From Candidatus Acidiferrales bacterium (GTDB lineage Bacteria; Acidobacteriota; Terriglobia; Acidiferrales; UBA7541): 64,000 bases of DNA. A program made the position numbers and the translations under genes. Shown here piece by piece: positions 56,870-64,000 of the stretch (position 1 is the first letter of the stretch; each line of letters begins with the position of its first letter). The stretch spans positions 13,044 through 77,043 of the forward strand of contig JBAQJS010000145.1 in assembly GCA_049300435.1 (NCBI GenBank). The letters run 5' to 3'. The notes under the pieces are model-generated. The model was given only the letters and a program-made list of their open reading frames with translations. It was not told where the DNA came from and ran no database searches.

Positions 56870-57967
56870 TCATGTGGCGTCTTGAGCCCGAGTCAAACAT
56901 TGCTGTTTTCGTGAAAAGTAATCCCGAACAACACATCCACGCCGAGTGCGGCAGGCGCGGTACGACATCATTACCAGCAAGACGACTCCTCCTCCGGACA
57001 AAACCAGACCTGCGAGTCCGGCCGTGTAACCCATCAGAGTCTGGAGAAATTCGGGAATCAAGACCAAAGTGCTGAAAAGCATGAACCCCATCATGAACAT
57101 CATCAGGTTCGCTGCGGCGAAGTTGAAGCTCTTGAACATACGGACGTCCACGATCGGATCTTTTCGGAACCATTCCCAGATGACCAGTGTGATCAAGCAA
57201 ACTGCCGCAGTTATCGCCAGGGTGGTGATGAAATGCGAGCCCAACCAGTCGTCTTCCTGCCCCTTATCCAGAAGCACCTGCAGCGATCCAACTCCAAGCG
57301 CCAACATGGATATTCCCATGTAGTCCACGCGGATCCCCCCTCTTTTTATCCGGCGAAGGAACGGCGGATCTTCAACCAGTGTATAGGTCAAATAGAGAGC
57401 CAGGAGAACCGGAGGCAAGGTAATGAAAAAGATCCAGCGCCAAGAATAGCTGTCTGTAATCCAGCCTCCCAGCATCGGCCCGACTGTGGGGGCGAGAACC
57501 GCGGAGATGCCGTAAAGAGCAAATGCGACGCCGCGCTTCTCTGGAGGAAAGGAATCGTTGAGAATCGCTTGCGCCATCGGTTGCAAACCGCCTCCACCGA
57601 TGCCTTGCAGAGCGCGAAAGAACAGCAGTACAGGCAGACTCGGCGCGAGTCCGCAAAGCAAGGAGCTGACCGTGAAAATAGTGAGGGAGAACATGAAATA
57701 CTTCTTGCGGCCGATGATTTCGGCAAGCCAACCGCTCATGGGCAGGACGATGGCGTTTGCTGCGAGGTATGACGTGAGTACCCATGTGCTGTCGTCGTAA
57801 CTGGCTCCCAAGCCTCCCGCGATGTAAGGCAATGCTACGTTGGCAACGCTGGTATCCAGAACTTCCACAAATGCCGCAATCGAAACAGTGGCGCCGATCA
57901 CCCAGGGATTTACCTTAGGACGCCAGATCACCTGCTCCGAAGGAAACGTTGCGGCTGCAGAGCTCAT
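56870..57967 (-). pseudogene. emrB: EmrB/QacA-family (DHA2) MFS efflux transporter, 3'-truncated
   Basis: The first ~330 aa match the EmrB pattern (VANVALPYIAGGLGAS, GWLAEIIGRKK, ALQGIGGGG...). After GGGVVLLVMM the sequence becomes non-membrane junk and stops at 365 aa, whereas 14-TM DHA2 proteins are about 500 aa or more. Confidence 0.7.
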
Positions 57968-59238
57968 CGCAAGTACACCGTCGCTTCCACGTTCATGCCG
58001 GGCCGCAGCTGATGGTCACGATTTTCGCCCGGTTCCAGAACAATCTTCACCGGTACGCGCTGCACGATTTTTACGTAGTTTCCCGTGGCATTTTCCGGAG
58101 GCAGCAAACTAAACAGAGGTCCCGTGGCTCCCGCGATGCTATCCACATGCCCGTGGTAGGTGCGGCCGTTCGAGTCCAGGTGGATGTCAGCTTTCTGGCC
58201 CACGCGCATGTGTTTCAGCTGGGTTTCTTTGAAATTCGCGGTAATCCAGACTTGATCCAGGGGCACCACGGTGAGCAGCTGCTCTCCAGGCTCCACATTT
58301 AATCCGACGACAACTTTTTTCGTCACCTCGCCGGTTACGGGGGCGAGTATTTTGGTGTACCCGAGATTCAACTGGGCCTGTTCAAACGCGGCTCTTTTTT
58401 GGCGTATGTCCGCAACGGCAGCAAGGGCTTTGGCCTGCGTCGAGGCCACGCGCTGCGGTCCCGCTTGAGCGTCTTCGTACCGTGCTTCGGCCTCAATGAG
58501 ACGGCTGTGCGCTTCCCGAACGGCTTGTTGTGCGGCCGCCTCGCCCGCTTCCGCCGCCGCTACGGCCGCGACGTCGCTCGCGGCGGCGGCATATGCATGG
58601 TCGTAGACCTGCTGGGGTACCTCGTCTTTCGCGAGCAATAGACGATAGCGGGTGACATCATCCTGCGCCTTTACGTTTTCCGCCTGAGCTTCCAAAACGC
58701 GGGCATGGGCCGCCGCGGCTTCCTTTTCCGCTGCCTCGATGGCTGCCTGGGCATTCTGAATATCCGAGGAGGTGAACTTCAGTTGGCTCGACGCCTCAAC
58801 CGAAGATATGGGCACGTCGAGATGCAAGCTCTGCGCGGCAGCGTCTGCATTGTCCAGTGCGCCCTGCGCTCTTGCCAACGCCACTTCATTGTCTTTTGGA
58901 TCGATTTCCACGAGCGTAGAACCTTCCTCGACCCATTGGTTGTCCTCAACGTTGACCTTCTGGATATATCCGGAAATGCGAGCGCTGACGGGGTAGAGAT
59001 GCACGTCCACCTGGGCGTCGTCGGTGGACTCGAAGCCGGAAAAATACTCCCAGAGGAAAACGCCGCCAACGACCAGAACTACGAGCGAGGCAAGAAGGAT
59101 CAGACGTTTGCGCGAGCGCCTCCTGGGATAGGCTGGAAGTGGCGCCTCGACTGCGCCGGAATCGCTCGTTGGCGCGTTTTGTACTGGCGGAGTGACTTGC
59201 GGTGGATTCGATGCCTGATTTTGTTCAGCCATACTCAC
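57964..59238 (-). CDS. emrA: HlyD/EmrA-family membrane fusion protein
   Basis: N-terminal TM, long coiled-coil (AAIEAAEKEAAAAHARVLEAQAENVKAQ...) and beta-barrel/lipoyl segments (ILAPVTGEVTKK, VWITANFKETQL). The 4-nt overlaps with neighbours support an operon. Confidence 0.85.
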   Translation of the reverse strand: MSMAEQNQASNPPQVTPPVQNAPTSDSGAVEAPLPAYPRRRSRKRLILLASLVVLVVGGVFLWEYFSGFESTDDAQVDVHLYPVSARISGYIQKVNVEDNQWVEEGSTLVEIDPKDNEVALARAQGALDNADAAAQSLHLDVPISSVEASSQLKFTSSDIQNAQAAIEAAEKEAAAAHARVLEAQAENVKAQDDVTRYRLLLAKDEVPQQVYDHAYAAAASDVAAVAAAEAGEAAAQQAVREAHSRLIEAEARYEDAQAGPQRVASTQAKALAAVADIRQKRAAFEQAQLNLGYTKILAPVTGEVTKKVVVGLNVEPGEQLLTVVPLDQVWITANFKETQLKHMRVGQKADIHLDSNGRTYHGHVDSIAGATGPLFSLLPPENATGNYVKIVQRVPVKIVLEPGENRDHQLRPGMNVEATVYLR

Positions 59239-60839
59239 TCTCCTTTCAGGTACTCGGCAAAGCGCGACTCCGCGACCCCGACCGCTCTTGCCAGAGATAT
59301 TTTTGCGAGGTTGTAGCTGTAAAGGCTGGCGATGTACGCGTCATTCGCTGTCGCGAGCGCGTCTTGCGCTTGAACCACTTCTATGTTGTCCGTAACTCCC
59401 GAGCTGAACCTATCGCGAGATTGCTGCAGCGTCTCCGTAGCGAGCGTTACCGCGCTTTTCTCCACAGAGACTTCTTGCCCGGCCGCCTCCAGATCGAGAT
59501 AAGCGTCGCGAACCTCCTGATCGATCTGGGCTCGCAAGTCTTCGAGTACCTGCTTTGCTCTTTGCAGCGAGGCATCGGCGCGCAAAACGTCGCTGTGCAC
59601 TTTTCCGCCCTGAAAAATCGGGACGCGGAGCGTCACAGCCGCATCAACGGTGCCGTGTGTGGAAGCCGGATTCACTCCGGTGATTCCATAATCGGCTACC
59701 TGTTCCAGCGACGGATAACGTTCCGCAGAACTGGCTTTTCTCTCGAGCTCGGCTGACTGGACCTGTTTCATCTGGCTCTGAAAATCAGGGCGAGCCTTGT
59801 ACGCGCTTTGTATCGCGTCATCTAGAGGCGGTATGGAAAGATCTTGGTAACCGACCTGTGTGATTATTTCGAACTTTTGCCCCGGAGGGAGCCCGATTGC
59901 TCGCGCCAGAACCAATTTCTGCTTTTCCAGATTATTCTGCGCGACGAGCAATTTCTGTTTACGTGATTGCAGCTCGACCTGTGAACGCAGAACGTCCACG
60001 GCCGCCGCAAGGCCTGCGGTGTGCTGATCGGACGTCTGCCGAAAAAGTGCTGTGGCGGTGTCCCTTTGCGATAGCGCCGATTCAACTTCCGACTGGTCGG
60101 CAATGACCAGCAGATAGTTGGAGGCAATGACGGTTACAACAAGCTCGCGCGCATTTCTGTAGCCGTACTCGGCCGACTTCAGCTGCGCCTGGGAAGACCG
60201 CTTCCGCTCGATGGATTCCCAATCAAAAATGGTTTGCTTGAGATAAGCCCGCGAGTCGAAATAGCCAAATGGGCCAATGATTTTTGGCACTCCGGGTATA
60301 TTCAGACCAAATTGCGCCCTCAAATCAATTTGACGAGCGCCAAATCCGGTGTCGGTAGTCACATTCGGAAGTAACTCGCTCAGGGCTTGCCATTTCTGTG
60401 CACGCGCATCCGTCACTGAATCGCTAGCCAAGAAGCCTCCGAGGTTTTGCTTGAGGCCACGTGCGACGGCGTCTTCCAGCGAGAGGGGTATCGGTATTGC
60501 GCTCCGTTCCCCGACGGGAACTCCACCGAGGTAGGGATTCTGCGACAAAACTGCAGAATTATTCTGCCCAGCTCGCACGGCCGCCTGCGCCGGGCCGGCA
60601 ACTTCTTCCTCAGCAATCGGACTTGGAAGCGGATTGTACTGTGCGAATGTGGCTGCTCCGCTAGAGAACGGAAGACAGAGCAGCAGCAGTCGAATCCAGG
60701 GTTTGAGCCGCACTTTCCCTCGTCGGGAGATGCTTCTATTTTCAGTGGAGTTCGCTGCCCCAACGACATAGACCTTCTGGAGCCCGGCCTGTGACGACGT
60801 GTTGTTGACGATCGTGCGTCGTTCCGACTTGATTTCCAT
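59235..60839 (-). CDS. TolC-like outer-membrane efflux protein
   Basis: Two OEP repeats with characteristic coiled regions (LSLEDAVARGLKQNL..., ...AVTLATETLQQSRDRFSSGVTDNIEVVQAQDALATANDAYI). Start uncertain. Confidence 0.8.
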   Translation of the reverse strand: MEIKSERRTIVNNTSSQAGLQKVYVVGAANSTENRSISRRGKVRLKPWIRLLLLCLPFSSGAATFAQYNPLPSPIAEEEVAGPAQAAVRAGQNNSAVLSQNPYLGGVPVGERSAIPIPLSLEDAVARGLKQNLGGFLASDSVTDARAQKWQALSELLPNVTTDTGFGARQIDLRAQFGLNIPGVPKIIGPFGYFDSRAYLKQTIFDWESIERKRSSQAQLKSAEYGYRNARELVVTVIASNYLLVIADQSEVESALSQRDTATALFRQTSDQHTAGLAAAVDVLRSQVELQSRKQKLLVAQNNLEKQKLVLARAIGLPPGQKFEIITQVGYQDLSIPPLDDAIQSAYKARPDFQSQMKQVQSAELERKASSAERYPSLEQVADYGITGVNPASTHGTVDAAVTLRVPIFQGGKVHSDVLRADASLQRAKQVLEDLRAQIDQEVRDAYLDLEAAGQEVSVEKSAVTLATETLQQSRDRFSSGVTDNIEVVQAQDALATANDAYIASLYSYNLAKISLARAVGVAESRFAEYLKGE

Positions 60840-61226
60840 TTGCGTCTCCCAATGTCCGAGTCAGGAAGCTCTCGTGGCGACCCGTCCTCAGGTCGGACGT
60901 CGCAAACCTGACTCATAGCAATCAATTCAGACTGTCCGCAAAGTGGGGCTAGTGCGATCAACGCCGCGCGGAGTGCGATCAGCCTGCTGCGGAACTCTGC
61001 GCGATTACCTGTTAACATCCGGAGAGCTGCGAAATTCGCGATGCCCTCCCCGTTTGTTGTGCACCTCCGAGAAATCCTGCCGCATACATGCCCACATTCT
61101 GTCTGTGGTTAAGCGATCAGCAATTTGAAAGAGATGCGAGCCCGAGTCTCGCGGCCATTTTCACGATCCCGCAGTCCCACGTCAAGGAGCGTCGCAAGAC
61201 ACCAGGGAGTTTACGACCATGCCGGC

Positions 61227-61613
61227 TCACATCCGAATGCCGACGCGATAGCATGTGACGCGAGGTTGCGTGACCTCGAAAAGTGCGGTGCCGATCTGAA
61301 AGCGATCGCCGATGCACACCGCATCATCAGCAAATCCTTCGATCGTAAAGTTCTCACCGAACTGTCCGTAAACGAAATCGCTCCTCTTCAATTGCTCCTG
61401 CCAATAGCGATACGATTCGATCTGATACACGAAGACGGCTCGGTGTTCACCTCCGTGCCCGGCCAGGTCGCCTTGACCGTCTCCCTCGAGATTCAACCGG
61501 CCGGCGCGACAGCGACCAGTCACCGGATTCTTCCAGACGCCGGTGTGTACAGTGCGCCCTTTCCACACGATGTCGCGCGGAAGCCCAACGTTGACTGATA
61601 GCAGCCGAGTCAT
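61227..61613 (-). CDS. MOSC-domain protein (YiiM-like), apparently C-terminally truncated or frameshifted
   Basis: MTRLLSVNVGLPRDIVWKGRTVHTGVWKNPV...GDGQGDLAGHGGEHRAVFVY...FGENFTIEG...IGDRFQIGTALFEVTQPRVTCYRVGIRM then TGA. YiiM-type proteins normally continue about 70 aa further. Confidence 0.6.
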   Translation of the reverse strand: MTRLLSVNVGLPRDIVWKGRTVHTGVWKNPVTGRCRAGRLNLEGDGQGDLAGHGGEHRAVFVYQIESYRYWQEQLKRSDFVYGQFGENFTIEGFADDAVCIGDRFQIGTALFEVTQPRVTCYRVGIRM

Positions 61614-61665
61614 TCCGTCAGGATTCCTCCCGCACAAATCTTCCTGTTGCCGAAGGGACGCTCGA

Positions 61666-62139
61666 TCACCTAAGTAACTTGCCGGCGAGCCAGTAATCGA
61701 CACTGAACTTTCCCGGACCCGAGCAGATCAGCCAGATAAAGAAGAGCACGTACAGGACTTCCGGAAGGTAGAGGAAATCGTCGAGCCAGCTGAGAGGCGA
61801 AAGTCCTTTAGGCATGGTGGAAAGCGTGTCGGTCAGGACGGCGACAATCATATCGATCAATAACGCCACGCAGGCCGGGCTCGAAAGAAACCCCACGGTC
61901 ACCAGGGATCCGCCAACGAACTCGACACCCGACACGAAATAAGCCGTCAGGCGGGGAAACGGGACTTTGGCCTTAACGAGCGTTTCGTAAACGGGTTTCG
62001 TGCCGCCGGCGACAAACAATTTGTTCGCCCCGGAGATGGCGAAGAACAGCCCGATCGAAACGCGCACCAGCAGGATGGCATATTGTTCAAAATCACTGCT
62101 ACCCGACAGCGCAAACTGGAGCAACCGTTTCCAATCCAT
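61666..62139 (-). CDS. DoxX-family membrane protein
   Basis: LLVRVSIGLFFAISGANKLF... with four TM helices, typical of DoxX. Start ATG 62139. Confidence 0.7.
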   Translation of the reverse strand: MDWKRLLQFALSGSSDFEQYAILLVRVSIGLFFAISGANKLFVAGGTKPVYETLVKAKVPFPRLTAYFVSGVEFVGGSLVTVGFLSSPACVALLIDMIVAVLTDTLSTMPKGLSPLSWLDDFLYLPEVLYVLFFIWLICSGPGKFSVDYWLAGKLLR

Positions 62140-62315
62140 CTCTTGTCCCTCCATCGGAGGAGGTGCTGCAACGATCCCCCATATCACGCAGTTCGACTTC
62201 TCCGGTAACCGCGTTCATCAGGACTTAGCGGGTCTCTGGCGTGAATCTCTGTTCTCGACAATTATGCTGCAAACCTCAAATGGCGATGTCGTTAGAGAAT
62301 TCTCGCGCCTCGAGA

Positions 62316-62729
62316 TTATGTGTCCATCCGTTCGACCCATTGAGCGCGGAATGCGGGGGCCACGAATGGATCCGCAAAGTACTGTGTTTCCCGCGCAACC
62401 TTGTCGCCCCTGAACTCCATGATGCTCACGGTGTAGGACGGCTTGCCGTCATACGTCAGGATGAATTCGGTGACCCAAAGCTCACCGCTGCCAATGATTC
62501 GTCGGATAGAAAACCGCTTGTTGCTCGGCTGACTGGCGCGTTGGCCCTGTATGTTGCGCCGACCGCGGGTCAGCTCGCCTGACTGCGGGTACTCCAGCAC
62601 CGCGTCCTCGAGATAGATGCGGTGCTCTGTTTCAAAATCGTTGGCATCGGACGCCGCCCAATGCTGATCCAGTGCCGCACGGATTTGTTGCTCTTGCGGT
62701 GTCTGCTCCAGCTGCGGTTTCGAGCTCAC
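62316..62729 (-). CDS. SnoaL-like / NTF2-superfamily protein
   Basis: IRAALDQHWAASDANDFETEHRIYLEDAVLEYPQSGE...EFILTYDGKPSYTVSIMEFRGDKVARETQYF fits the NTF2-like polyketide-cyclase fold pattern. GTG start. Confidence 0.65.
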   Translation of the reverse strand: MSSKPQLEQTPQEQQIRAALDQHWAASDANDFETEHRIYLEDAVLEYPQSGELTRGRRNIQGQRASQPSNKRFSIRRIIGSGELWVTEFILTYDGKPSYTVSIMEFRGDKVARETQYFADPFVAPAFRAQWVERMDT

Positions 62730-62802
62730 GTACGCTCTCCTTTCGGAATAAAACCCGGAATGCCGGTTTTCACCACTTCATTCGGCCTCTGTCTGGTCTG
62801 AA
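62709..62802. repeat. 94-bp imperfect direct repeat, copy A (AKR 3' end plus RBS plus first codons of next gene)
   Basis: CAGCTGCGGTTTCG...CTCCTTTCGGAATAAAACCCGGAATGCCGGTTTTCACCACTT..., about 85-90 percent identical by eye to 63198-63291 at a constant offset of 489 nt. Confidence 0.7.
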
Positions 62803-62919
62803 GGTTTCTTTGCTCTAGGGGACATCGGAATGCGACCTTCCTTTCCGCGTCGCTCTCCTCGGTTCGGTCCAAAGCGTAATTTAAAGCCAGGTAGCGGGGC
62901 TCGGGCGCTTTGAGGCCGC

Positions 62920-63171
62920 CTAAGGTTGGTACCCGTCCGCGATCCACTTTGCGAATAGCTCGATGCGAGCTTGGGGCCAAGGACCTTCTCCTCTTGGCGG
63001 TGGCGGCGGCATTACCGCTCCACCGATTCCCCGAATGCGGTCGTAGATGGCGGCCGCGTGCGCTTTGACTTCATCGTAGCTTGCCAGGTTGAACCCCTTG
63101 ATCATGCCTTGAATGTCTCGCTCGGTAAAAAGCGGGCGAATGTCCGCTTGAAAGCTCGTCAGTTTCGTCAT
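62920..63171 (-). CDS. Hypothetical small conserved-looking protein
   Basis: MTKLTSFQADIRPLFTERDIQGMIKGFNLASYDEVKAHAAAIYDRIRG...MPPPPP...WPQARIELFAKWIADGYQP. Lies between two copies of a 94-bp direct repeat. Confidence 0.5.
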   Translation of the reverse strand: MTKLTSFQADIRPLFTERDIQGMIKGFNLASYDEVKAHAAAIYDRIRGIGGAVMPPPPPRGEGPWPQARIELFAKWIADGYQP

Positions 63172-63197
63172 TGGTACCTCACACTGTCTGACCATTC

Positions 63198-63291
63198 CAG
63201 TTGCGGTTTCGCTTCCATGCTCATCCTCCTTTCGGAATAAAACCCGGAACGCCGGTTGTTACCACTTGATTCAGCCTCTGCCTAGTCTGAA
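63198..63291. repeat. 94-bp imperfect direct repeat, copy B (true 3' end of the AKR gene)
   Basis: CAGTTGCGGTTTCG...CTCCTTTCGGAATAAAACCCGGAACGCCGGTTGTTACCACTT... pairs with 62709-62802. Confidence 0.7.
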
Positions 63292-64000
63292 TGCGATTGA
63301 TTTCGTCGAGCGCGTCTTCCGGCAGAACAGAGATGTCGAAATTCTCCCTCGCGCGGGCCGCAGTCCTGGGCGTGGTAAGCAACGCCGTGCCGCGCTGCAC
63401 CGCCCAAGCAAGCAGCACTTGTGCCGGCGTCTTTCCAACTCGGGCGGCGATCGCTGAAATGACTGGATCCTCGAGCAGTCCCGGCTTCATCCCGTGGCCT
63501 AACGGCGCAAAAGCCAAAAACACAATGCCCTTCTCCTTGCAGTATTCCAATAGCTCCGTTTCCGGCAGATACGGATGTGATTCTACTTGGATCACGGCTG
63601 GCTTGATTCTCGCTGATTCGTAGATGGGCTTCAGTTCGATTAGACCGATGTCCGAAAGTCCAATGGCCCGGCACTTGCCGTGGTCCACGAGACTTTCCAT
63701 CGCTTTCCAGGTGTCGAGCAAAGTCACGTCGTGGTCGTAAAGGACATTGCCGTTTTGATCTCGCGGATCCTGCTCGTCCCCGGGTTGAAATGCAAATGGA
63801 GTATGTATGAGATAAAGATCCAGATACTCGAGCCCGAGTCTCTCCAGACTCGCCTCGAAAGCCGATTCGACGCGCCCGGGCCGGTGATTGGAGTTCCACA
63901 GTTTCGTGGTAACAAAAATGTCTTCGCGCGCGATCCCCCCAGCGGCAAGTCCTGCCTGCAACGCCCTGCCTGCCTCGCGCTCGTTCCGGTATCGCTCCGC
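63221..64000 (-). CDS. Aldo/keto reductase (5' end beyond window)
   Basis: IFVTTKLWNSNH, LEYLDLYLIHTPFAF, AIGLSDIG and LLAWAVQRGTALLT AKR signatures. The reading frame stays open to the window edge (…AERYRNEREAGRALQAG). Confidence 0.85.
   Translation of the reverse strand, partial: AERYRNEREAGRALQAGLAAGGIAREDIFVTTKLWNSNHRPGRVESAFEASLERLGLEYLDLYLIHTPFAFQPGDEQDPRDQNGNVLYDHDVTLLDTWKAMESLVDHGKCRAIGLSDIGLIELKPIYESARIKPAVIQVESHPYLPETELLEYCKEKGIVFLAFAPLGHGMKPGLLEDPVISAIAARVGKTPAQVLLAWAVQRGTALLTTPRTAARARENFDISVLPEDALDEINRIQTRQRLNQVVTTGVPGFIPKGG

Noticed and set aside
55881-57000. Search for a direct repeat of the tmRNA 3' end that would define a second intact island.
   Set aside because: No second copy of CCCCCGCCTCCACCA or a substantial part of it was seen downstream. 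Only a scar can be inferred.

Overview
GC-rich bacterial chromosomal window. Gene content and the GC-rich palindromic intergenic repeats look Acidobacteriota-like, but that is inference only. About 1-26 kb and 44.5-64 kb are core genome. They carry ribBA, a pair of M16 peptidases, uvrB, an AsmA-like protein, lepB, rnc, an ECF sigma/anti-sigma pair, a beta-CASP MBL RNase, an aminotransferase, an Slt-type lytic transglycosylase, tmRNA, a TolC/EmrA/EmrB-type efflux operon and an aldo/keto reductase. An 18.4-kb integrative island (26095-44482) sits in tRNA-Ala(GGC). It is bounded by a perfect 19-bp direct repeat, starts with a tyrosine integrase and looks more AT-rich by eye. It holds a HigB/HigA-like TA module with an extra antitoxin-like gene, a BrxC-like ATPase fused in an operon to a truncated PglZ, and a mosaic of gene fragments (Kelch, ParD, PglX C-terminus, ParE). 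It also holds a minimal CBASS (CD-NTase plus 2TM/beta effector plus an extra coupled 65-aa gene). The best candidate for an undescribed system is a tightly coupled minus-strand operon at the distal end: a DUF262 ParB-like protein, a DUF3696-type ABC/AAA ATPase, a 312-aa protein with no domain I recognise, and possibly a Cys/Gly-rich 99-aa ORF. Outside the island, a secreted HMA-domain gene carries in-frame TGA codons at both Cys positions of the CxxC metal-binding motif, making it a candidate UxxU selenoprotein, inside an envelope metal/redox operon. A low-GC scar after the tmRNA gene truncates emrB. No CRISPR array or rRNA was seen. All coordinates and domain calls come from reading the sequence and ORF translations; no searches were run.
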